Of a DNA stretch of 64,000 nt, positions 10,921 to 19,838 are shown piece after piece (position 1 is the stretch's first letter; every line of letters starts with the position of its first letter). The DNA comes from Bifidobacteriaceae bacterium (GTDB lineage Bacteria > Actinomycetota > Actinomycetes > Actinomycetales > WQXJ01): NCBI GenBank assembly GCA_031281585.1, contig JAITFE010000067.1, forward strand, positions 22,499 through 86,498, in the 5' to 3' direction. The translations under genes were made by a program, and so were the position numbers. The notes beneath the pieces were generated by a model. It saw only the letters and a list, made by a program, of their open reading frames with translations. It was not told the DNA's origin and searched no databases.

Positions 10921-10924
10921 CCGT

Positions 10925-11400
10925 GGACAGGCGGTCCTCGTCTGGGGGGTGTCTCGGAGGCAGGTTGTGATTCCGGCGAGGACTATCCCGGCCCAGTAGT
11001 TGCGGGCATGTCTGTCGTAGCGGGTGGCCGGCCGCCGAGGGAGCCTTTGGCTTTGCGCCGGGCGATCTGGTCCGCCCTCTCCGGGATCGTCGCTCTGATC
11101 TTCTCGGTCCGAAGCGTCCGCCTGGTCGAGGGATGCGAGAACGCCTTGTCGGCGATCACCCGGCCGACTCGGCAGCCGGTCTGGCCCAGGACGTCGAACA
11201 GGCGGGGATTCTCGCCGGCCTGGCCGGGCGTGACGACCACCGAACGCAGATGCCCGTCGCCGTCGACCACGACGTGCGCCTTCGTGCTCCACCCGCCCCG
11301 CGAATGCCCAAGCGCGTGGCCTCCGGGCTCGGCGCCGGTCTCCTTGTAATTCGGGTCAGCCCCCTTTTCGCTCCCCGGCCGCGTGCTGATGCGCCCTCGC
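10925..11400 (-). pseudogene. IS5-family DDE transposase remnant (5'-truncated, internal deletion and frameshift)
   Basis: ORF 10983..11447 carries HALGHSRGGWSTKAHVVVDG...VVTPGQAGENP...ADKAF...GGRPPA. The family-typical end ATRYDRHARNYWAGIVLAGI lies in another frame (ORF 10858..11292). The N-terminal third is missing, and the remnant abuts the tRNA-Met 3' end. Confidence 0.7.
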
Positions 11401-11436
11401 CACGCAACCCACCATGCCACGCCACAACGCCAACCC

Positions 11437-11796
11437 CTATGAGACACGCCCCAGACGGCTGGCCGCTAGCGCCAAACCGTAGTTGTCGCAGGCGGGCATA
11501 GTGATCGCCGCACGCCACAGGTCGATTTCTTGGGCACGGTCTGGCCGAGCGGACAGCCCGCGTGCCTCCAGCGCCATCAGCAAAGCGATTGACCCGCAGG
11601 TGACCAAAGTGGTTTGGCGGCAATAGCCGAGTTCCCGCGCAGGTCCCGGCGAGGCGCGGGCCACCGAATTGGGAGGATGGCTCGACCCGGTCCATGGTGA
11701 GCCTCGGATGACGGACCGGGGACCGGGTACTTGGTTATCGCGCCCAAGAACCGGCAGAACCTGGTCAAGGCGCGGCGCCGCCCTTGGGGCGGCCAT
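11437..11796 (-). pseudogene. possible papain-like/C39-like cysteine peptidase fragment
   Basis: 119-aa ORF with Q..TLVTCGSIALLMALEARG, resembling the catalytic Cys region of C39-type peptidases. It ends where the IS remnant begins. Weak call. Confidence 0.3.
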
Positions 11797-11885
11797 GAAC
11801 GCTGAGGGAAAGCGAGCGCTTTCACTTTGCCGCGTAAAGGCGGCGAGATGAAGCCCAGGCCGGCTTTACAAATGGGCATTTCCGC

Positions 11886-13124
11886 GTGGCGTCGCCCTAT
11901 GTTGGCGGGGTGACTAATCGCCCGGCTCGGGATGACCCGGCAACTCTCCGGTTCGCTAGTGCGGCTGTCCACGCCGGTAACGCCGTCGATGAGGGAACTG
12001 GCGCGATCCGTTCGCCGCTCATAATGGCCAACTCCTATGCGCTGCCGGAAGATCCTTCAGCGCTGTCATGGTCGGCTGCCGACGGGCTGCTTTACACTCG
12101 CAACTCGGGGGCGAACCAACTTGGGTTGCAGCGCAAAGTCGCCGCCTTGGAGGGCGGCGAGGACGCCGTGGTGTTGGCCTCGGGCGTTGCGGCGTTGCAC
12201 GCGGTCTTCTTCACTTTCCTGCGGACCGGCGATCATGTGGTGGTGGCGGATGTGACATATGAGGCCACGTGGCGGTTGTGGGCGGAGTTGTTGCCCCAGA
12301 AGTATCAGATTGACGTTGCGTTCGTGGACGCGGCCGATGAGGCGGCAATGGCCGGGGCGATTGGGCCGCGCACCAAGCTCGTCCATGTCGAGACGATTGG
12401 CAATCCCACCACCAAGGTCAGCGACATTGGCGCTGCGGTGCGCCTGGCGCACGCGGCGGGAGCGCTGGTCAGCGTTGATTCGACGTTCACGCCGCCGCCG
12501 TTGTACCGACCTTTGGACGACGGTGTCGATCTGGTGGTCCACTCATTGACCAAGTACATCAACGGACACGGCGACGCCATGGGCGGCGCGGTCGTCGGGC
12601 GGCGCGACTTGATCGAGCCGATCAAGGCCGACGCGATGGTGGACGCCGGTGGGGTGATCTCGCCTTTCAACGCTTGGCTGATCCAGCGGGGATCGGTCAC
12701 GCTACCGCTACGTCTAGCTCAGCAGCAGGCATCAGCGGCACGTGTGGCGGCGTTCCTAGAAGCCGACCCGCGCGTCGCCTACGTTTACTATCCGGGTCTT
12801 GCATCGCATCCCCAGCACGAGTTGGCGACCCGCCAGTTCGGTGGGCGCGGCCACGGCGCCATGATCGCCTTCGCGCTCGACGGGGACCGTGACACCCAGA
12901 ATCGGTTCGTCGCCAACCTTCGGCTTATCACATCAGCGGTGTCATTAGGCCACGACGAGTCGCTGATAGTCCACATCGGCGCAACCGGGCCACGCGTGAC
13001 CGCCTACTTCGAGCCGATTCGCCGCTTCGGCCAACTCCGCCTGTCAATCGGCCTAGAAGACCCCGAAGACCTGACCGCCGACCTGGCCGCAGCCCTCGAC
13101 CAAACCTTCGCCCCCGGCCGTTAG
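11886..13124 (+). CDS. PLP-dependent trans-sulfuration family enzyme (cystathionine gamma-synthase / methionine gamma-lyase-like)
   Basis: 412 aa with the PLP-lysine motif SLTKYINGHGD and family-wide similarity (AVHAG..., NPT..V.DI). GTG start is approximate. Confidence 0.85.
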   Translation: MASPYVGGVTNRPARDDPATLRFASAAVHAGNAVDEGTGAIRSPLIMANSYALPEDPSALSWSAADGLLYTRNSGANQLGLQRKVAALEGGEDAVVLASGVAALHAVFFTFLRTGDHVVVADVTYEATWRLWAELLPQKYQIDVAFVDAADEAAMAGAIGPRTKLVHVETIGNPTTKVSDIGAAVRLAHAAGALVSVDSTFTPPPLYRPLDDGVDLVVHSLTKYINGHGDAMGGAVVGRRDLIEPIKADAMVDAGGVISPFNAWLIQRGSVTLPLRLAQQQASAARVAAFLEADPRVAYVYYPGLASHPQHELATRQFGGRGHGAMIAFALDGDRDTQNRFVANLRLITSAVSLGHDESLIVHIGATGPRVTAYFEPIRRFGQLRLSIGLEDPEDLTADLAAALDQTFAPGR

Positions 13125-13510
13125 CGCGCGTCTGGGGCCTTGCCGGGCGGAACTACTCGGCTCGGCGCGTGGATGCCTGCCGGCCTGGGGGTCGATCTTG
13201 GCTTGGCGCCTGTGGGGACTGGGTGGTGGCGGACGGCGGTGTCATGACAGTGGCTGCGGTCTTTGACTGGCCAAATGACGGGCGCGACGCGCGGTTGGGG
13301 TATTCGAAGCTCGTGCCAGCCGCGCCGGCCGGGCAATGGTAAGAGTGCTGGCTCCGGGCTTGGCCGGTGGCGGTGGAGAACGACCAATTGCTCAAAGCGG
13401 TGGTGGGGCTCAGCGCACACATTGACGATCAACTCAGCGTTGGGCGGTTCGGTTTGCCGCCGGACGATTTGACAGCGGCTTCAGGGGCCTGGCACAGTTA
13501 TCCCCAACGC

Positions 13511-13525
13511 GAACGATTATCATTC
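13511..13525. promoter_or_regulatory. second Fur/Zur-like box GAACGATTATCATTC
   Basis: It shares the 10-nt core GATTATCATT with the box at 1639-1653 and is a near-palindrome (one mismatched pair). It lies in an otherwise GC-rich 930-bp non-annotated gap. Confidence 0.4.
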
Positions 13526-13565
13526 CTACCGGGGCGGCTTTCGTCCCCGCGACCGACGGGGCGAG

Positions 13566-13859
13566 GTGGACATGCGGTTGCTCAGACGTGGCGGCACCCG
13601 CCCGATGGCGCGCGCGGTCGCCCGCCGCTCAGACCCGGCAACCGGGTTCGCGGCCGGCGCGCACCTGCACGGCCGCAGCCACCTCGGGCGCGGCGGGGCG
13701 CCCCGGTGCGGCTGCGGGCCTGCCACCCCGGCAGGGGAAACCCGCCAAGACCCTTCGTGGGCTGTGCGCGCCGGCGCGCCCGTCCCGGCCCGCCAACGGC
13801 ACGCCTACGTCAGAAGCCACTTCATCTACTCCGACCGAATGGCCCACACGTTCCGCTAG
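13566..13859 (+). CDS. hypothetical small His/Cys-containing protein (low confidence)
   Basis: 97 codons with SD-like GAGGTGG just upstream. My hand count gives GC3 of about 87% in this frame against about 73% and 68% in the other two plus frames. The box at 13511-13525 ends 41 nt upstream. The product is R-rich, so the ORF may be spurious. Confidence 0.25.
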   Translation: MDMRLLRRGGTRPMARAVARRSDPATGFAAGAHLHGRSHLGRGGAPRCGCGPATPAGETRQDPSWAVRAGAPVPARQRHAYVRSHFIYSDRMAHTFR

Positions 13860-14051
13860 CCCAACACCCAGCCCGCGGCCAAGCCACGGGCGCCCGAATA
13901 CCGCAGCGGAACGAACCAACGGCCGCCAGCCTGCTCGCAGCACCGCCACCATCACGGCGACGCCCTGTATCGGGGGCGAATCGCCACGCACCGTGCCACA
14001 CGGCCACGGTCAATCCAAGAACTAGCAAGAAGGAAGAATCCAGAGAGCACC

Positions 14052-17000
14052 ATGACCCCAACCCGACTGCGGCGAGACCGCACCTCGACCATCCGAACCA
14101 CCTCGCTCCTTTCGATCTCGGCACTCGTCCTCGGAGGCATCTCCTTCCTTAGCAGCACACCGGCCATCGCCGACGAACCCGCTGCGGCGGTGGAGCGGGC
14201 GGTGGTGGATTCGGGTTGGGCGTTCCTGGATACGACGTTGGTCGATGGTGTGCCGACGCTTGGGCTGGTGCGCAGCGAGCACTCGACGACGACGAACGCG
14301 GCGGCGAACCCGGTTTCCTATGACCTGGACGAGGTCGTGGTGCGGATCGACGACTCGCACAAGACGGTGCTGCCGAGTGACGACACGCTGGCGGGGCAGA
14401 GCTGGCGGGAGTTCGGCCCAGCAGGCGCGGAGGTCTGGGAGACTTCGAGCACCACGGCGTTCAGCTCATCGTCCTTCCCCTCTAGCGACTTCCTGGTGGC
14501 CGGCTACAACGCACGAGGGATCCCGAAGTCCGCTTTGTCGTCGGGCAACGATCGGGTGACGATCGAGGTCGAGTCGTTCGCCGGGCCTGGCCGCTGGTAT
14601 TCCGGCGCCGGCTCTGCGACCGTCAACACGATGTCGACCAGTCGCCTGGACAGCTTCACCGAAGGCGGAACGGTGTCGGTTCCGGCGGCGAATGCCGGTC
14701 GACACTACTGGGACTTCACCGCGGCCGGGGTCTACTGCATCAGTTTCACCGCGACCGTGACGCTCGCCAGCGCGACCGAGCCGGTGACCAGCCAGCCCGG
14801 AACCCTGCGCATCATCGTCGGCGAGGTCGAGAACTGGGAAACCGCCGCCTGCGGCAGCGGCGAGGAGGAGTACGTTCCGCCGGAGATCGATCTCATGGAC
14901 CCGGCGAACAACTGGCTGCTTCCGAATGCGCACGCCGATGTCGCGGCCAAGCTCGAGAGCGACGGCTCGCTCGGTCTGCATCTTCGCAGCGGTCGTTGGT
15001 GGGAGTTCGCCAACACGATCGTATTCATGTCCGACGCGACCGAAGTCACAATTCCAGAGCCGACCGCGACCCGTGACTATACCTTCATCGCCCCAGCAGG
15101 GTCGACGGTCTGGCGACTGTCCAAGGCTCCGATCGACTATGCGACGTGGCTCGGGTTTTCGTCCGAGCACATCAGCGACGCCGACTTCGAGCGACTGCTG
15201 ACCTGGCAACTCTATGGCGTGGCGGGAATCGACGGTGGCGCCGCGCCCGGCGAGTTCGTGCTCGGTGCTGAAGAGTCCCTTGTCGCGGCCGGCGGTAGTC
15301 CCATTTTCTCGACCAGGCAAGGCATGCCGCAGGCGCTCCAGATGATCCCGGCCGCCTGGGCGCACAGGCACGCCTCATGGGACTTCACCGCGCCGGGGGT
15401 CTACTGCCTCGACATGGGGATGAGCGGCCGCCTGCCGGATGGCACGCCGGTGAGCGACCGCCAGGTGATGACAGTCGTCGTCGGCGGCGACAGCCTCAAT
15501 CCGAAGTCCATGCAGACCTGCATGCAGGCTGGCATCACCGCGACCGACACCCCGAGCGCCAACACCACGCTGGCCCTCGACACGGATGCCCCCATTGTGC
15601 TCCGACCCGAGAGCACGTCGCGAACCCTTACGACGATGCTGAGGCCGACCGTGAGCGACGGCACGCTGACGGTGGATCTCGTCGTCGAGGACCAGTTGAG
15701 CGGCGGAACCGCCTACGATCCGAACGATGTCGTGATCCCAGTCCGCGCGCCCGGAGATGCGGGTCAACAACTGGGGGGCTCACGCCCGTGGGACGGGTCT
15801 GCTGGTGATCGCTACTGGGCGCTCAACGGTGCCGTCGGTCGGGTTTCGCTCGGCTGGGATGCGACTAGGCTCCCGACGAGCGCCATTAGTGGCGACCTTG
15901 GCTGGACGATGACTGAGATCGCCGGCGGGGATCTCATCCTCAGCGACAACTACACGTCGGTGTCTCATCAGCCGGTCTTCAGCAGCCGTGCTGGATACGA
16001 ATCGTATTCCTACCCGATCTGGCCGGAGACACGGGTTGAGGATCCTTCGTGGGTCTTCAAGTCAACCGGGGTGTATTGCGTCGCCTTCGAGTGGTCAGGC
16101 ACTGCGGCCGGCGGCGCTTCGCTGGGGCCGGTGCAGAAGACGTTGACCTTCGCCGTGGGCGTCGATCCCGCCAAGATCATCCCGTGCTCGTGGGAGGGTG
16201 GCGGCGATCAGGGCGGCGGAGATGATGACGACCCCGACCCGGGCGAGGAGGTGCCGGACGATTGGTCGCAGCTCCCGCTGTCCGGGCGGCATGTGCTCGA
16301 CGGCGGTCACGTCGACATTCGTTCCGTGTTGACTGCGAGCGAGCACACCGTGGCGGTGCATGACGACAACACCCAGCCTGCGACGCTGCGCGCGGTCGGC
16401 GAGGTGACATTCTCGGTGCCGCCGGCGGCCGAGCAGACGGTCCCCAGCGCCGAGTTTGCGTTCCTGGGAGCAGAAGGCGACTCTGTGTGGACTCTGCCGC
16501 AGACCGCGCAGGCGGGCCTGGTTTGGCCGGGCTGGAACCTGGAACTCGGTTCGGGCTCGACGGCGACCGGTGTGCGGTGGGTCTTGGACGAGGTCACCGG
16601 TCCGGGTGGGTTCGCGCTCTATCAAAGCCTCAGCTTCGGTGATGTCTCGGTGCTGCTCGACAGCGACGATCCAGAGAACAGCGCGTTCGAGGTCAGTCAG
16701 CACGGGCACGGGAACTGGGCGTTCACTGCCGAGGGGGTCTACTGCGTCGACCTGACGGTATCCCCGGTTCCTGCCGCCGATGGCCTGGACCGAGCGGTCA
16801 CGCTGCTGTTCGGCGTCGGCGGCGTCGACCCGGAGCGGGTCACGCCGGAGCAGTGCGGTAAAACTCCCGCGCAGATCGTCGGGTCAGAGCCCACGCCGGA
16901 CCCGGCTGTGCCGGCCACACCAGGCCAGCCAGGTATCACCACAGACGGCTCCACCGTGTCGGTGACCTGGACGGCGCCCGATGACGGCGGTTCCGCGATC

Positions 17001-18212
17001 ACCGGCTACACGGTGGTGCTTGCCGGCGCGTTCGGGGTCCCGTTGGTGGTGGCGGCGGCCGCGGACGCGACGTCGGTTGTGTTCACTGAAGTGCCTGCCG
17101 GTTCTTGGACGGCGACGGTGGCGGCCGTGAACTCGGTTGGGTCCTCGGAGCCGTCGTCGGCGTCCAACGCGGTCACGGTCGCCTCGGCCCCAGAAGACCC
17201 AGCAGACCCGGACCCGGACCCTGGCCCTGAGCCGACCGTGCCGGCGGCGCCGGCGGCGCCTAGTGTGGTTGTGGACGGGGATGCGGTGACTGTTAGTTGG
17301 GTCGCTCCGGACGATGGGGGTTCCCCGTTGACCGGGTTCACTGTGAGCCTTCTGGGCGGAGGTAACCCGCTGGTGCGGGATGTGGGCGGGGATGCCACCT
17401 CGGCCCGGTTCGCCGGTGTTGATCCGGGCGCCTACCGTGCCACGGTGATCGCGGTCAACGCCGTCGGCGCGTCGGCGGCTTCCCCCGAATCAGCGCCGGT
17501 GACAATCGAACCCACCGCCTCAGAACCCGGTCCCGGCGAACCCGACCCAGGCGAAACAGACCCTGGTGACCCCGATCCCGGCGAACCCGACCCAGGCGAA
17601 ACAGACCCTGGTGACCCTGGTCCCGGTGAGCCTGATCCCGGCGAGCCCGGTCCCGGTGACCTTGACCCCGGTGAGCCCGGTCCCGGCGAGCGCGATCCTG
17701 GCGACCCTGACCCTGGTGACCCTGACCCTGGTGACCCTGACCCTGGTGACCCTGATCCGGAGGTGGCTCCGGTGCCTGAGGGCGAGTTGACGGATGCGTC
17801 GCGCGGTGGGGTGGACGTGCCGGACGCGGCGGCGCCTGGTGCCCAGATTGTGGTCACGGTGCCCGGGCGCGCAGGCCAGCGGGTGCGGGTGTGGCTGCAT
17901 TCGGCCCCGGTTCTGTTGGGCACGGTCACGTTGGACGCGGATGGCCGGGTGGTGGTGACCATCCCGGCTGGCACGCCGCTAGGCGACCACCGGGTCGTGG
18001 TGCAGGCGCTGGACGGCTCCCTGGTCGGGTGGGACGGCATCGTGATCCGCGCGGCCTCCCATCCGGCCGACCCGGACCCGGGCGACAAGGCGCTTCCCGT
18101 GACGGGCGCGGACGTGAGCTGGCCGCTGATCGGGGCGGTCGGGCTGTTGCTGCTCGGAGCGTTCGCGCGGATCAGGGCGCGCGAACACGGCGCCCGCCCG
18201 GCGAACGCCTGA
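14052..18212 (+). CDS. LPXTG cell-wall-anchored surface protein with four ~215-aa repeat domains, two FN3 domains and a (D/E)PG low-complexity tract
   Basis: Signal peptide (SLLSISALVLGGISFLSSTPAIADEP). The motif W-x-F-x-x-x-GVYC occurs four times (HYWDFTAAGVYC, ASWDFTAPGVYC, PSWVFKSTGVYC, GNWAFTAEGVYC). There are two FN3-like units (VSVTWTAPDDGGSAITGYTV, VTVSWVAPDDGGSPLTGFTV). The C-terminus has LPVTG, a TM helix and a basic tail. Confidence 0.9.
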   Translation: MTPTRLRRDRTSTIRTTSLLSISALVLGGISFLSSTPAIADEPAAAVERAVVDSGWAFLDTTLVDGVPTLGLVRSEHSTTTNAAANPVSYDLDEVVVRIDDSHKTVLPSDDTLAGQSWREFGPAGAEVWETSSTTAFSSSSFPSSDFLVAGYNARGIPKSALSSGNDRVTIEVESFAGPGRWYSGAGSATVNTMSTSRLDSFTEGGTVSVPAANAGRHYWDFTAAGVYCISFTATVTLASATEPVTSQPGTLRIIVGEVENWETAACGSGEEEYVPPEIDLMDPANNWLLPNAHADVAAKLESDGSLGLHLRSGRWWEFANTIVFMSDATEVTIPEPTATRDYTFIAPAGSTVWRLSKAPIDYATWLGFSSEHISDADFERLLTWQLYGVAGIDGGAAPGEFVLGAEESLVAAGGSPIFSTRQGMPQALQMIPAAWAHRHASWDFTAPGVYCLDMGMSGRLPDGTPVSDRQVMTVVVGGDSLNPKSMQTCMQAGITATDTPSANTTLALDTDAPIVLRPESTSRTLTTMLRPTVSDGTLTVDLVVEDQLSGGTAYDPNDVVIPVRAPGDAGQQLGGSRPWDGSAGDRYWALNGAVGRVSLGWDATRLPTSAISGDLGWTMTEIAGGDLILSDNYTSVSHQPVFSSRAGYESYSYPIWPETRVEDPSWVFKSTGVYCVAFEWSGTAAGGASLGPVQKTLTFAVGVDPAKIIPCSWEGGGDQGGGDDDDPDPGEEVPDDWSQLPLSGRHVLDGGHVDIRSVLTASEHTVAVHDDNTQPATLRAVGEVTFSVPPAAEQTVPSAEFAFLGAEGDSVWTLPQTAQAGLVWPGWNLELGSGSTATGVRWVLDEVTGPGGFALYQSLSFGDVSVLLDSDDPENSAFEVSQHGHGNWAFTAEGVYCVDLTVSPVPAADGLDRAVTLLFGVGGVDPERVTPEQCGKTPAQIVGSEPTPDPAVPATPGQPGITTDGSTVSVTWTAPDDGGSAITGYTVVLAGAFGVPLVVAAAADATSVVFTEVPAGSWTATVAAVNSVGSSEPSSASNAVTVASAPEDPADPDPDPGPEPTVPAAPAAPSVVVDGDAVTVSWVAPDDGGSPLTGFTVSLLGGGNPLVRDVGGDATSARFAGVDPGAYRATVIAVNAVGASAASPESAPVTIEPTASEPGPGEPDPGETDPGDPDPGEPDPGETDPGDPGPGEPDPGEPGPGDLDPGEPGPGERDPGDPDPGDPDPGDPDPGDPDPEVAPVPEGELTDASRGGVDVPDAAAPGAQIVVTVPGRAGQRVRVWLHSAPVLLGTVTLDADGRVVVTIPAGTPLGDHRVVVQALDGSLVGWDGIVIRAASHPADPDPGDKALPVTGADVSWPLIGAVGLLLLGAFARIRAREHGARPANA
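17524..17760 (+). repeat. in-frame (D/E)PG-encoding tandem repeat inside the surface-protein gene
   Basis: 9/18-bp units encoding PGEPDPGETDPGDPD... It includes a 45-bp tandem duplication with 40 identical nt (cccggcgaacccgacccaggcgaaacagaccctggtgacc, twice) and four consecutive gaccctggtgaccct units. Confidence 0.9.
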
Positions 18213-18362
18213 CAGACCGCGTCCGCCGGCCGCCGGGGCCCCCGTCGCGGCGCCCGGCGGACCCGGCGAGTCCGGGGCGCTCCGGCTGGGGCGCGCAACC
18301 GCAAACGCCGACCCTGAGCAGAGCGGCACTGCACAGACACGTGTGAATCGACGCGAGCGCGT

Positions 18363-18632
18363 TTGCGACGCCTCGGCCGCGCGGTCGAATGCCACCGGGC
18401 GCAAGGCGCCGTCACAAACGCCACCGCAGCCGTCTCCAACGCCTTGGACGCCGTCCTCGCGGCCAGCGACACCGGGATCACCGAGGACGCCTCTCGGGTT
18501 GAGAACGCCGCCAGCGACCTAGCCGCCGAACTGGCGGCCACCGCCCTGGGCCGGGCCGGGGGTCAGGCGGTCGGGTCGGTGACCGCGCCCAGGGAGAGCG
18601 GAACCCCCGTCTCCAAATCCACTATCCCGTAG
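18363..18632 (+). CDS. hypothetical small protein (very low confidence)
   Basis: 89 codons with a TTG start, high GC3 by eye and an Ala-rich helical-looking sequence. It overlaps the convergent serpin 3' end by 70 nt, which argues against it. Confidence 0.2.
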   Translation: MRRLGRAVECHRAQGAVTNATAAVSNALDAVLAASDTGITEDASRVENAASDLAAELAATALGRAGGQAVGSVTAPRESGTPVSKSTIP

Positions 18633-19804
18633 ACGAACGGGCGGTCAAACTCGACCGTGAACGGGTTGGCGGCCAAGTGGGCCGATTGAAGCATCGCGAC
18701 CAGGGTGGCGGCGGCCGCTTCGGTGCCGGTCTCCTCCACCTTGATGACACCCTGGTGGAAAGCCTTGTCGACGTGCCCCGCGTTGGGCGCTATCCCGCTG
18801 AAGTCGGCGTTTTCGCCGAAGGCGTCGACCAGGCCCAACGACTGGAGAATCGGGATCAAGTCGACCGGGCCGCTGTCCGCCTCCCACTTCGGCAGCGTGA
18901 TCGTCAACTCGGTGCTGGGCACGCTCTGGGCAAGCCACGCCCCCAACTGCGCGCCGTTCCAGTCCACTGAGCCAAGGCCGCCGCTTGGCATCACCGCGAC
19001 CATCGCCAGGCTCGACGCGGCATAGGGAAGAACCGCGCCCAACGTGCCATCCGGCAGATTGATGTAGGCGGCCCCGTCCGTGGCCTCAAGCACCGCGTGC
19101 ATCAACTGAGCCTGGACCACCTCGCCGGACGGCAAAGTGAAATCGCCCTCGGCCGTCAAGGGCTCGTCGAATGGCTGCGCCCAAGACGCCTTCAGATAGA
19201 GCGCGTTGACCAACGCGATGGTTGTCGCTGGGTCCAATTGGTCCACCAGCCTCGGGATCAGCTCGTTGGTCTTGTCGGAAACCCAAGCATTAATCAGGTC
19301 CACGGTGTCCGGGTCGGCGAACGACACGTCTTTGACCTCCGCGGCGTAGTTTTCACGGGCATTCGCCTCAAACGAAGGGTCCGCCGAAAGCCGATCAGGG
19401 TCGAACCAAAGCGAGTCGGCCACCGTAAGCAACGGGAGGACCGGTCCCCAATCGTCGCCCTCCCGTGTCCCGTTGTACCCGGACCAGGCCGCGATCAGTT
19501 CGGCCGCGCGGGCGTTCGCGCCCGCCCGGTCCATGCCGAGGACCTCGGCGAATTGGCGCTCGGTCTCGCCGCGCGCGCCTTCGCCCGTCATGGCCAGGGC
19601 GAAGAAAAAGGTTAACTCCTGGCAGGTGGTCAAAAGGTAACCGGCAAGCGTCCGCCAATCCGATCGCCTGGGGCCTGCCCATCCGATCCGCCGCGCCGCC
19701 CGGAACGCGCCACAGATCCGGCAGAAGACCCGGCCGTGCCCCGGACGCCGCGCAGATCTCTGGCGAAAGACCCGGCCGTGCCGTTTGGGTGCCCTCGGCG
19801 TCAA
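18563..19804 (-). CDS. serpin family protein, N-terminal region atypical or possibly damaged
   Basis: Reactive-centre-loop hinge KVEETGTEAAAATLV, FDRPFVYGIVD, and ALAMTGEGARGETERQF (helix B). The region where NxxFSPxSI should precede ALAM is shortened (ELTFFFALAM). The first ~50 codons are R-rich with no signal peptide. Confidence 0.75.
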   Translation of the reverse strand: MTPRAPKRHGRVFRQRSARRPGHGRVFCRICGAFRAARRIGWAGPRRSDWRTLAGYLLTTCQELTFFFALAMTGEGARGETERQFAEVLGMDRAGANARAAELIAAWSGYNGTREGDDWGPVLPLLTVADSLWFDPDRLSADPSFEANARENYAAEVKDVSFADPDTVDLINAWVSDKTNELIPRLVDQLDPATTIALVNALYLKASWAQPFDEPLTAEGDFTLPSGEVVQAQLMHAVLEATDGAAYINLPDGTLGAVLPYAASSLAMVAVMPSGGLGSVDWNGAQLGAWLAQSVPSTELTITLPKWEADSGPVDLIPILQSLGLVDAFGENADFSGIAPNAGHVDKAFHQGVIKVEETGTEAAAATLVAMLQSAHLAANPFTVEFDRPFVYGIVDLETGVPLSLGAVTDPTA

Positions 19805-19838
19805 CGATGACCGGGGCGAACGGTTCCGAACGCGGCGG

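Noticed and set aside
10858-11292. 144-aa minus-strand ORF overlapping tRNA-Met.
   Set aside because: Its 3' part is simply the antisense of the tRNA. Only its ATRYDRHARNYWAGIVLAGI segment is meaningful, as the out-of-frame tail of the IS5 transposase remnant.
11690-11885. Possible SAM riboswitch upstream of the PLP trans-sulfuration gene (ttatc..., ccggcagaacc, caaggcgc and gaggga elements).
   Set aside because: The elements are in the wrong order for SAM-I/SAM-IV, no P1 closing helix could be drawn, and the region overlaps the peptidase-like fragment. A covariance-model scan (Rfam RF00162/RF00634) would settle it.
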